A stretch of DNA of 64,000 bases, taken from Vicugna vicugna. Lineage: Eukaryota. The position numbers and the translations under genes were made by a program. This document shows positions 38,304 through 51,235 of the stretch, one piece after another (the stretch's first letter is position 1; each line of letters opens with the position of its first letter). Location of the stretch: assembly GCA_013265495.1 (NCBI GenBank), contig MU058824.1:3685111-3749110 (forward strand). The letters run 5' to 3'. Below the pieces are notes generated by a model, which ran no database searches, was not told the DNA's origin, and saw nothing but the letters and a program-made list of their open reading frames with translations.

Positions 38304-40376
38304 TAAGGGGCTGGTGCCTGTGGGAGACTAAGGACCTGGCTGAGGTGGGGGATCCTGGGAGCTCTGCATGTACCTTTTTAGAAACACTGGTCTCTCCTTT
38401 CACCGGGGCCCCATAGGGGTTATCAGATAGGAGGAATGCTACCGGGGCTGGATGGATCTCTCTGTCATCCTTCTTTTCTCTCCAAAGTGGGCTGGCGTCC
38501 TAGGTCCTGGGAGAGGAGGCCATGCCAGCATTCTGGCTGCTGGAGATTCTTCTGAGCCCCGAGTCATTTCCAGCACTCCCTTCAGCACCTGCCTCTGCGT
38601 GTGGCATGCTTAACAGTGAACTGTCCTGTTAGGCCTGTCACTTCCCTGAGAGCCAAGGCTCGAGATTAGCATGAGCCCACCTCAGAGCTTCCTAGGAGGA
38701 AAAGCCCTGCCTCCAGTTTGGGCAGAGGTTGAGCCACCAAGTGGGGAGCACAACCCAGACTTGGAGTTGGGAGATTTTCGCTCCTTGCAACTAGCTCTGC
38801 CACAAACTCAGAGTGTGACTTTGACAAAGCTCTTCCTCTCTCAGAAAGCCCAGGACCCTGGTGGTCCTAATGTGGGTCTGTGATCTCCAAGAGTGACATC
38901 CAAGATGCTAAGATGCTGTGGAGTTAGGGGGTTGCCTTCTTCCCAATTGCTCCAACTCTCACCCATGGAGAGAAAGAACCAGAGAAACAGCAAGAGCACC
39001 AGGCATGGGATCTTCCTGGAGCTCCTTCTCCTTTCCAGTCTGATCTGGGATACATCCAATGAAATTCTCAGAGCTTCACAAATGAATTCCTGAAAGAAAA
39101 TTTTCTGCTATAGATGGTGCAGTCTCAACTCCATTTAAACCCATAGAGTAAGGGATGAAGTTGTGAGATGACAGAAATGATTGTTCTCTAAACTCTACAA
39201 AGAAGAGGGAAGCCAGCAGACTCAAATCCTGGACAGTTCCTATTTCTCTAAGATCATGACCTATTCTTGTCAGTGCAGTCTTTCTGGGCATAGGGGACCC
39301 CTCACCCCCCGCAGAACGAGTTTGTGAGGCCAAAATGTCTCTGAGATCCCCTCTGGTCCTGACAGTTATTCCTTCTGTGATGACTCAAATGCACAGAATC
39401 ACTGTGTGAGTGTACATGTTGATGTTTGAGTCCTGCTATTTCATAAACCATTAGCCTGTTTTTTTTTCTCTCTCAGCAAATCGTTACCTTGGCTCTGACA
39501 TATTGCAAGGTGCTACGAAGAGAAAGGGGCATCAGGCAGAGAGTCTCTGCATCTCTATTCTAGGGGGTATCCTGGTCCAGGGAGGGTGTCCGGCATTCAC
39601 TGAGAAGTCTGGACAGCCCAATGTAGGCACACAATTGCTGGAGAGGTAGCAACTATTGTGATGGGTTTGGGGGGACCAACTTCTGTTCTATTCTGGATTA
39701 TGAGGGGCTCCATGTGCTTTCTGAGTTCCCTACATCTGGCTCTTTGAAGGATTTCCATGACACAAAGCAATATGACTTTTCCCCCACCTGGGTCTCTGAA
39801 AGCCCTAACGTGGAGTGAGGCTGGCACTGCTTAGAGTAGAGAAGGAGCCGTCAGCCTGCTCTGCAGAGGAGCTCCCCTCAAACCCGTGGTCAGGATCTGG
39901 GGCCCACAGATTTGTCAACGTTGGGTAGACAGGTAATTGGTGGTTTGAAATATAACAGGTTACCCATGGTGGTCACAAACTCTAATGCTGAAGTGGGGCC
40001 AAGTAGATGGTACAATGAGGGGAGCGGCCCAGGCAAAAGACAACAGGGGAAGGCAGGGTCTGTGGCATCCTGGCCAGACCAAGCTCTATTGAAGGGGCAG
40101 CTGCTTTCCAGTTCCAGCCAAATGTGCCAGGACCGTGGGCCTGCAGTTAGCCAGATTTTTTCCATTCTTAAAGAGAAGCCAGAAACTAGGACTTGTGTGT
40201 GCATGTATGTGTGTGTTTGTGTCTGTGAAATTTCTGTCTTTAAGCAGTGGCAACTAATGTCAATGAGAAAAAGCCTTGCAGGACAAGCATGACTCATTTG
40301 CAGGGCCCCTGCTTCTACCTTCTGTCATACAAGGAGGAAAACTGTTTTGTGATGAATTTATTTGAATGAACTTTAG

Positions 40377-40523
40377 CTTTCTGTTTTGTTTATTATTTAA
40401 TTAGTTTATTTTGGCAGGGGGAGATAACTAGGTTTATTTATTTTTAGAGGAGGTATTGGGGATTGAACTGAGGACCTCATGCATGCTAAGCAAGCACTCT
40501 ACCACTTGAGCTATACCCTCCCC
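40377..40523 (-). mobile_element. tRNA-derived SINE, camelid Vic-1-like, with 14-bp target-site duplication
   Basis: Minus strand GGGGAGGGTATAGCTCAAGTGGTAGAGTGCTTGCTTAGCATGCATGAGGTCCTCAGTTCAATCCCCAATACC; flanked by TGAATGAACTTTAG (40363-40376) and TGAATGGACTTTAG (40524-40537). Confidence 0.9.
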
Positions 40524-43329
40524 TGAATGGACTTTAGAAAACTGTAATGAGCACATTACACCAGTGAGTGTGAACTTTATGAACTTCTTCCCCCATTTAG
40601 AGTGAAGATCTAATATTGCCCTATAAAATAAGTCTATTTAAGCCAAAAGGTAAGTTACTTGAAAGAAATGTATGAGGCAAACAGAACACAGTGATTAGAC
40701 ATGTGGTGAAGGCTGTGAAGGGGGCACCTGAATGAATGTCTGGGGAAGTCATGACTCAGCTGATGCTTTGTGCCTGGAACTGTGCTGTGGGGGGGTCAGA
40801 CTGCTAATTGTAGCTTCAGGGGCCTCCTGGGTGTCCCACTCCATAATGGTGGCCTGGTGACCCCACTGGCTGTGCCTCCAAGGTGCTTCCATATCTGGGG
40901 TCTCCTGTAGCCCTCAAGGCTTACCTCTCTCCTGTGACAGGTGTAGAAACAAAGGCTCAGATGGGGAGTGCAGAGGAATGGTGATTTTGAGCAGAGATGG
41001 GAGTAGAGCAGGTGTCCTGATGGGTAGAGAAGGGCCATCTCTTTCTACCACTCCCCCAGGACTCTGCCAGGACAGAACTGAGGATCAGTGAGGACAAAGA
41101 GGCAGGGAGAAGCAGACATCCCGCCTGCATTCCCACTCCATTCCCGAGCCTCGCAGCCTGTATGTTTTGCCGCCGGTCTGTGGGCTTCCTCTGTGATCCA
41201 TAGCCCTTTCCTGTGCTCCTCTCTGGGGCTTCTCCCAGGAGCACTCTCTGGCTCCCCACCACATTCTTCAGTGAGAGTTCTTTGGTGTCTCTAGCAACAG
41301 ACCGTTCAATGCAAATAAACTACATGTGGGACAGCCTCATGTTGCTGCCTCCCCCACCCCCCAAAAGCCTAAGCCATCCCAGCATAGTTTTGTTTTCCAT
41401 ATAAAGGTGAAGATCCCACTGCACTCAAACAGATGCAGCTTCTAAATAACTGTCTTGCAAATGTCATTGTGTAAGTGGGTCCATAGCTCCCTCTTCCAGC
41501 CCATGTGTCACTGTGAGGCAATTTCTCACTACTTCACTATGTCCAGCAGCCAGGGAGGGAATGGTAACTGGATCTGCAGCTGTGCTGGTGGCCACTGCGT
41601 CTTCTCTACCCTCTACCCCTTGAAGTGTGTGCCTTCCTGCTGCCTTCTAGGGAACTTGCCTGGGAAACCATGACTGACATGGGGTGAAGCAACATTGAAC
41701 CAGTTCTGCTAGGCTTGTGGGAGATTTCCTGGGACACAAACCATCATGTTTATGTGGCTTCTTAAGGACAAATATGTGCACAACCTGCACGAGGGATTCT
41801 TTGAATCCAGCCTGAGTGTCAGTTGGAGGTGACTGTCCTAGAGCTGACCCCCACTCCAGGTGGAACGAGTCTTCCTTCGTCTGTTCCAGTCCTGCAGCTC
41901 TAAATGAGGGACCAAGTGGTGGGGAAACTTGAGTGACATTCCCAGCTTAGAGGGGCAGCCCTATTTAAGTCCAGCCCATGGTTGTCTTGTGAGAATGTGG
42001 GGCCAGTATGGCTGTGTGTTCTGATCTTTCCAGAGAACCTAGAAATCTATGTATTTATGTGAAAGTTTCCAACTTACCACTATTGGCAACTAATTCAAAT
42101 GAAGATAAATATGCTGTACAGGCCAAACAAAACTTATCCAGGGATGGATGTGGCCTGGGGATGACCACTGCTAAACTCTGTTCTTTATCCTAACTTGGGC
42201 AGCAAGCCTTCCGGCATTGTTTATCCCTTCCCTCTTTCTTTTCTGCATCAGTCGCAGGCCTGAGTGTCACCCAGCTTGTCTTTCCCAGCTTGGTCTAATT
42301 GGACCACTGGTTTTTGGATTCTTAGCATAGTGAATGGCCCAAGATTCTTAGTGCACCGATAGCAATTTGATGAGTGTGGTAGACATGGGTATTTTTTCAG
42401 CCCTATGGCCTCATTTCTTTTTTTTTAAGGTACCATGATTTTCCCTTCCAATGTAATTTTGCATATGTGGGGGTGGAGTTGGGGTGGAGTGGGGGTGGGA
42501 GTGATAGTGAGAAGACCTAGCCCTTCAAAGCAGTGGGGGGATGCTGAAATGGGATCCTTACAAATACCTGCAATATCTAAAGTTCCTCAGACTTTGAATC
42601 TTCAGATTCTAGATGGATTTTGAATCCAAATAGACTTTATGCCTCATATAGGAAGCCTTTAGCAGAGGGACAACTTCCTTTGAATGTGGCTCAAAGAATA
42701 GTACTCAGGCCTGGGAGCTGACTTTGCTGTGTGACCTGGGGCAAGTCACTTGAGCACTCTGGGCTTTAGTTTCTTCATTCGTAAGAATTTGTTGATTGCT
42801 GAGCTTCCTTCTCCAATGGGCCACCTAGGATGTTTATATGGCATCCAGGGTCCTGCTCATGCTCAGCAAAGTAAAGGCTGTACCTCCGAATGCTGACTGC
42901 CAATTAGCCCCAACTGTCTCTGGTTTAGAAAATGTCTGGAGTATGGCTCTTATTGTGACAAGACCTGATGATTGCTTGTTAATTTTTTAATTTTTAAAAT
43001 TTTTTAGAATTGCTATGATTTAATTACAGTCCTGTTCTTCCCACTCCCATTTCTTCTCAATGGAAGATGATGCTCTTTGTTCTTTTCTTGGCAGCTGCTG
43101 TAAGCAGATGGGCAAAATCTCTCTCTCTGGGGACAGCTCTGAAGGGTTCCCTACAATTCAGGTCTCCCTCATAAGGAAAGTCCCATTTCAGCCTTAAAAT
43201 AGGGTGTGGATGACTACCTTCCCCTCCTCAGCTCCCAAGGGGATCCTATGTGTTTTTGAAGCATTCGTAGAAAATATGAACCTTTTAAGGTTGAAGCTGG
43301 TCATTAATCCTTATGAAGACACCAGTGAA

Positions 43330-43570
43330 GATAACAATGGCTAACATTCACCGAGAATTTACTATGCAACAGCCACTGTTCTAAGTACTTAATTAATTTA
43401 ATCCTCATAATAACCCTAGGAGGTGGGAATGAGTCTTAGTCTCATTTTGCAGATGAAGAAATTAAGGAAGGTCCTTACCTAAGGTCACATAGCTAGCAAA
43501 TTGCAAAACTGGGATTCAAACTCCAGAAGTCTGGTTCTGGAGCCTGTTCACTCCGCTGCAACTGCCTCTC
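43330..43570 (-). mobile_element. MIR SINE, near full length
   Basis: atttaatcctcataataaccctaggaggt...ctcattttgcagatgaagaaattaagg...aaggtcacatagctag...gggattcaaactccag. Confidence 0.85.
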
Positions 43571-44880
43571 AATGATTTATAACAATTGATAATGTTTTAC
43601 CAATGATTTAGATATTTTAAAGAAAAATAAGGAAAACATAATTTTCTTTGCTTTGCTTATGTACAAAGTTAATGGCAAGACAATGTTTCAAAAAGTTAGG
43701 ACTTTATGTGGGACTTCAACAGGAAATAGTTATGATCTGTTTTACCATACGTTTGTATATATGTAAACCATAACATAGGTGAATCATGTTTATATCTGGT
43801 TTGTCCATATATTCACACATCTAGCTATATCTCTGTAGACACACATCATCTATGCACAGAGAAGGTGACATACACAAAAATCCAAAAATTAGGTCAGATG
43901 CTGGCTTAATTCCAGGTAGTCAAAAAGACTGCCTCACTCCCAGGTCTTTGGCAGAACGCACCATGTTTGCTTAGTTAAAATAAGTGGTTTGAATATTGGA
44001 GAAAACAAACACTCAGAGTGTATTTGAGGCAACACTCGTATGCTGACTCATCAGAAAGGGGCAAAAAGCCCTTTGCTGAGCTCAAGTGGCCTGGGCTCCA
44101 GAGGGCCTGTGGGGTCTGCAGTGTGAACAGAACCGTTCATTCCAGGCTGTCAGCTAAGGACACTGAGTGCCCAGCCCTGAGCTGTGAGATCACCGAGGGC
44201 AGAGGCCATGGCCCAGTGAGGCTCAGGGGAGGCACCTGCCACTTCTGTTCTTCCTTTTTGTGTGCACAAGCTGGAGACCAGTGCAGCTTGAAATGAACTT
44301 CCCAAAAGAATGGTCTGGAATGTGAAAAAGCTTCTTACATAATGCTGAGTGAAAAAAGCAGGACACAAAACTGTATACATAGTTTAATCTTGATTTTGTT
44401 AAGAGAAAATGGCTATTTCCAAATATGCACAGGAATGCTAGCATAAAAGAAATATACCAAAATGTGGTTTTAGACGTCTTCTTTATACTTGTTGTTCAAA
44501 TAGTCTACAATGAGCACAAAGTCCTTTTATAATTAGGAAAAACTCTAATAAATGTTCCTTCAAAAGGTTATAGTTGGAGGCTGGAATAGAACTTTTCCAA
44601 AGAAGCAGCACATTTTATTATCACTCACCCTTCTCTCAAATGCCAGGGAAGGAACTTTCTTGCAGACCGCAGAGGGACTTTTGCCCCAACCCTGGTCAGC
44701 AGCTCTACGATGCATCAGGCTTGGGGTCTCATGGAGGCCTCGTGTGCTGTCCCAGCTGAAAATTTACAAATGAAACTTCTCAGAGCCCAAGGTTCTGCAG
44801 AAGGACGTCAGTGCTGCCAGGTAGCAGAGGGAAGGCAGTGCTGCGATTATCTTTTTTATGCACTGGGCTTTTTCATAAGA

Positions 44881-44940
44881 TTCCTTCCTCCCTCCCTCCC
44901 TCCCTTCTTTCCTTCCTTCTTTCCTTCCTTCCTTCCTTTC
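44881..44940. repeat. (TTCC/CTCC)n pyrimidine tetranucleotide repeat
   Basis: Read directly. Confidence 0.9.
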
Positions 44941-45718
44941 TCCCCCAAAAGGATTCAATTACTTAAAGTAAGCAAAGAGTGGTCTGTTCCAACTCACTCA
45001 TTGTATTGAGGCCCACAGTGGAATGGACTTGCCCAGGGTCACAATCAAGTTCATATTAGAACTGGAGCAATATCTCTGGGAAAACAGGCCAGGACACCCT
45101 GGCTCCCAGCCCCAGGGAGCCCTTCCATGGAGGCTTTGTGTAATTCAGGCTTTCTCCTGGCAAAGCCAAGCCAGGCCTCTTCTCCAAGCACTTTAATCCT
45201 TTCTAGTTCCAAAGCAACATAAACATCCCTTCCCCCTGCCCCTCAGTAATTTCTGACTGGCGGGGATGTTCTTCTGGTGGCTCTCTAAGGCAGAGGAACC
45301 AGAGTGTGAGAGCTACCAGAGGACAGGGAGGTCACCTGGTTTAGTGCCTTCTTTCCCCAGATGGGAGGCTGAGGTCTAGGGAAGGGAAGGAACTTTCTAA
45401 CTCACTCAGTGAGTTCCTTATGGAGCTGGAGCCACTCCCAAGAACAGGATGCCTATTTGTAATATTAACACATCAATCTCTTTCTACTGAAGAGGTACTT
45501 GTAGCCCAGAGAGGGGTGCAGTTTACCCAAAGACACGCAGGGAGGTAGGGGCTGAGTTGGGACTACTCTGTAATTCTTCCAAACTCCCAACTCCCAACCT
45601 GGGTTCATAATCTCCCCTGATCCCTGCCCCCGCTTGACCCAGGACCCAGCTTGGTATGGGTTTTCTGTTGTCCATGCATAGCTAGTTTAGATCTCTTCTC
45701 CTCCATGATGGTAAATAG

Positions 45719-45895
<177 letters not shown>

Positions 45896-48269
45896 TAATT
45901 CTGCATAAAACACTTCGGCACACGTACTAATGCGCCTTCTTTGTCATTCTCCAAGGGCTGAACCTGGTAAATGAATTTTATAAATACTGCTAAAAGGTTT
46001 TGAATTTTACTGATTATTATGATAAATAGCTTTCACCATGAGACAGAAAATTGAAATCTAAGCCAAAAAAAAAATCCACTAATGGGGGTCTATAGAATGT
46101 CAGATAATTAAAGTAATAAATCAAGAAAGGGATACTTATTCATAACATTTTCTGCATCATTAGTCAGTAAGTAGTTTTGAATGTGTTTTTTTCTTCTATC
46201 AACCAGCCCTTCTACAATTCTTTGTGCACTTGCAGTCTTGAGTGAAGATGTAGCAAAACTTCCCAAACTTTCTCTCTCTCTCTCTCTTGCTTCGATCTCA
46301 TGTGCTCCGTGAACTGTCAAGGGCTGCCAGTGGGGTTTCTGACACTCATGGGTGAAGTCTGAGATCGAGCAGGACTCCTAAGGATGGGAGTCATATTTCC
46401 TACTACTCAGGAGTTCAGAAGTTTCCCTTGCCTTCCCTGAAAAGATTGTGAGATGAAAGTAACGTATGTCTACTCAAGGCATATTATTTCTCCATTTGGA
46501 ATAAAGGGAACACCTCTGGTTAGTTGAGGGAAAGTTTATTCTATTATCAGAAAGCAGGCCACCATTCAGCAAGTTCTGGTTGCCATAGTCCCTGTCAATT
46601 CCGCTTAATCACACCTTAATTACACCCTTTTTTCTCCTTCTTTACCTGAAAACTTGAACTCCCCATGGTGATAGGGGACAGGCAGAGGCCTGGCTTATAG
46701 CTCCAGCTTTGTCATTAATTCACCTAGTGAACTGTGTATGTCCCTTCACCTCTCTGAGCTTCAGTGTCCCCATTTGTGGACTGAGGGGCACAACCCAAGT
46801 ACCCTCTGAGGTCTCTGATTCTTCATGGTTGCCTCTCTGGATAAAGGTAAGACAGAATTTCTCCCTTCTATAAAATAATTCTTCGTTTGGTAATCTATTC
46901 AAAAGGTATTTTCTAAACCCCTGCTATGCAGCCCGCGGTGTTAGAGACTATAAAGAAGGCAGGACAAAATCCCCATTCTCGAGGGCTTCTCAGTCTAATG
47001 GGGAAATGTAACCAAGAGAAGTTTGCAAAACACTGAGATAAGGCTCCAGAAGAAAGTACAGGGTGCTGTGGGAGCAGAAGGGAGGGGAGGACCAGCTCTG
47101 TTGAGCTGGGGTGAAGAGGGTTGGGGAAGGTTTCTGAGAAGTGTTCATGGCTGCGATTTCACTCACAGCTGTAACCATTTGAGGTCATGTAGCACTGAAT
47201 ATCAAACTAAGAGTAACTGAAAATATTCTTTCAATCGGGTTAGAGGAATAATTCCACTTGTCGATTAGCAGAATACCTTGTCTCAGAAATTTGTATAAAA
47301 CCATATCTTATATGTGTTCAGGCCCTTAGAGTTTATAAACTTATTGAGAAGTGAGGAAATCAAAGTTTTAGAGGGATTAAATAACTAGTCCAAGGTCACA
47401 TGACCAGTAAGTGGTGGAGCCAGAATTGGAACCTGGGTCTTTTGAGCTGAGTGTGATCGTGAAATATTGGAACAAATGATACCATCTCTGTCAGCAACAT
47501 GGTGAACTTTGGTTATATGTGGTGGTTGTTGTTTAAAGTATCAAATGACGTGTGATCCTCTTTCTTCCTCTGTGCTTTGCACCTTAATACAAAAAAGGTT
47601 GTGAGATTTGCATAAATCTATTTTGAGCAGCTTCTGGTGAAGGAAAAGAGAAGTTAACGATTTCTACTTCTGTGTCTCCTAAGGAAGATCTAAAATCAAA
47701 CTCAAATATAAGAAGAAAGGCCCTGTTCCCTTTAGGTCCATAGGAACAAGAGCTGGATGTGCTCCAAGGAAAGCAACAAATAGCTTCTCAAGCCATCACC
47801 ACCATTTCTAGTAATTTCCTACACTTTAGAGTCAATAGTTATAGCCGAAGGAAATGTGTCTGAAATGGGTCTGTAGGTTTTAATGAACCAAGAAAGAAAT
47901 CCCACAGCCCAGGAATGGAAATTTAGCTGCACAGCTCGAGAGGACTCTGATGATCGAATGGTCTCCCCCTTAGACTCTGGGGCCAGGAGTTAGTGTGAAA
48001 CTTGCACAAATCTCCCCTCCTCCATTCTTAGTCTTAGGATCTTAGAGATCTGGTCCACATTTCTGGACAGAAGAAATCTAGACTTTAAGTCAGTAGACCC
48101 AGGGCAGAGTCCTGATGCTACTGCTTATTAGCTAGATGATTTTGAGCAAATCACTTTGCCTGTGGTCCTCATTTGATACATGGGGATGAGTAATGGCACT
48201 TGAGGTTACTGCAAGCACTGCATGAAAAGCATTGTATTAATGTGAAGCATATTACTGTTTTCATTATTA

Positions 48270-48510
48270 ATTAGTGAGGAAGAGATTGGTATAGGGGTTA
48301 AGACTTTGGTTCTTGGGTTCCAGTCACCAATCTGCTTCTTATTAGCTGTGTGACCTTGGGCAAGTCACTTACCTTCTCTGAGCCTTGGTTTTCTTACCTT
48401 TCCAACGGGATAACCACATAATCTACCTTAAAAGCTTGTTCTCAGAATCAAATGAGATAATGCCCGAATGCCTTAGTTCAAAGTTCTCAGAAAACGTTAT
48501 CATTATTATA
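48270..48510 (+). mobile_element. MIR SINE
   Basis: ttattagctgtgtgaccttgggcaagtcacttaccttctctgagccttggttttctt...aatcaaatgagataatg. Confidence 0.8.
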
Positions 48511-48917
48511 TATATCAATATATATTATATATAGTACACAGTACATTATGTATTATATCAATATTACAGAATTAATATTAAATATTAAAATCCAGGTAAA
48601 CTGGAAGGGAAATAGACATTGAGGAAATGTAAAAGAAACAGTCTGCCATTTGGCGTTGTGTTGGCTGTGTGTATGAGTGTGCAGATGGTGGGTGTGTGTG
48701 TTAAGTGAGGAGTGAGCCTGCCTGATGAGTAGGTCTTTTTTAGCACCGGCAGGTGGTGGGGCCCAGCTCCCCTCTTTCTTTGCTCCATCCGCGTGCCTCC
48801 TGCGTGGACAGGCTGGGGTTTGAGAGAGTGCGCTTCGTACAATGTCCCGTGTCTCCCGCACCGACAGTTCTCTTTGCTGCCCATCCTCCCCCTCACCTCC
48901 CCAGAGATCCTGGGTAA

Positions 48918-49514
<597 letters not shown>

Positions 49515-50809
49515 TAGGCCTGACAGAGCCCTTGTGGCCCGTGCTCTGCGGCCTCTAAGAAGCCTTTGCCCGTGCAGATGTGATGCCTGAGGGCAGGGTG
49601 TGGAGGGTAGGAGCTCAGCAGCAGTGTCCCCTTCTGGGGGGGACCTGAGGAAAGAGAGGGCCTGGGCCGAGTGAGGGGCACACTTGGGGTAGAGGGGTCC
49701 TCAAGTGGGTTCTCTGAGGAGCTGAGCACACCCCTTCCCAGAGGCTTTCAGTGTGGGGATGGAGGGGATTGAGGAAGTTCTTTATCATCTCATCTCTGCC
49801 TTGAGCCTGGAAGGAGGGGGTGCAGGGGCCTGCCGGGGATAACACAGATGACCATCTTCCATGTTGGCTTTTCTCAGCCCTCAGCTTGCCCCCCAGGCCT
49901 CGGGGGCTGGCCTCCTCTGTCCTGGACATGGGCCCGCCTTAACCTGGGTCTCCTTCCCTGGACACGCTGCCAGTGCTGGTTGACATTAATGGGTTTGAGA
50001 GGAGAATGACCCCCTGGGAGTCTGTAAAACCTTTATCAGGAAAAGAAAAAAAGGGGCCGTGGTCGAGGGCCTGAGAGCAACGTGACAGAAATCTTGATTC
50101 AATTATTCTCTTCCTCGGCACAATTCCCTTTCTCGGCTCCCTGTAAGGGACGTATGTTCTTGTGAACACATGTCTAAATACTTAAGATCTCTAACTAGAA
50201 AATTGAGTCAGCCCAGTAGTGGATTGGCCTGAGGTCTGTGTGTTCCAGGCAGTGCAGGAGCTGGGCCCATGGCCTCTGTTTGGAGGTGTGGGGGGTTCGT
50301 GGGGGATGATTCACAGCTTTTGGAACCTGCCTCACCTCTTTCCCCTGCTCCTGACACTCAGAGCAGATGTCAGAAGTCTTTAACTCGGCGGGTTGCTGTG
50401 CTGAGTTACTGCAGAGGCACGGGCCTACCATCACTGTTGCTTTATGGGATTGACGCTGTTATCTTTTCTCCCAGTGTCACCTGGACTCACAGCAGATGTG
50501 CCCAAGCTGGGCTCCGCTGTGTTTGATCATGTGGAGGGACAGGTATGTGAGGCTCCCTCAGAGGTTGAGGGATCCAGGCAGAGTGTTTTGAAGAAAGAAA
50601 GAAAAAAAAAAAGATGGGTCCTGAATTGGGGGGACTGTGTTACCGTGTTTGTGGAGTGTTGTATTGGCCTTCAGTCTGTGATCAGTGGTCATGGTTTAGC
50701 CTCTCAAGCTGCAGAGAGGTCAGAATGCGGGTGGTGTTCGTCTAGACTGCTCGGTGCCGGGCAGATCCTTCCTGAGGACTGTGGCCCACTCGGGGTATTG
50801 ACCTTTAAG

Positions 50810-51235
50810 AGGGACAGTCACAAACTGGGATATGTCCAGATGGGTATAACCTGGATGGAGATGTATCTGGAGAACACCTTAAGGATCTAGGGACATTTTG
50901 GTACTAAGCAGAGAAGAATGAGCAAGACCAGATTGTTGCCTTCAAATATTTGGAGGGCTGACATGGAAGACAAGAGGAATGAGACTTTGCTGTGTGGCCT
51001 CAAAGGTCAGTGTGTGGCAGATGCAGAGGAGAGTTCAGATAAGAATAAAAAATAACGTTGTAAACATGGGAGTGGTCTAGGGCAAAGAGGGGCTGCCTCA
51101 AGAGGTAGTGAGTGCTCCGTCACTAGAGGTATGTTAGAGCTGAGGTAGCCATTTGCTGGGCTGCTTTATAAGAGTATCAAGAATCAGATGCAGGATTGGA
51201 TGATCTTTGAGATCCTTTCAGTCTTGGAATTTATA
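50810..51235 (+). mobile_element. L3/CR1 LINE 3' fragment
   Basis: gccttcaaatatttggagggctgacatggaaga...gggctgcctcaagaggtagtgagtgctccgtcactagaggt...gatgatctttgagatcctttcagtc; related shorter pieces at ~6860-7015 and ~52920-53125. Confidence 0.65.

Noticed and set aside
44797..44845. Short imperfect direct repeat giving AEGRQCC twice in an ORF
   Set aside because: A 21-bp degenerate intronic duplication without splice-site or coding support.
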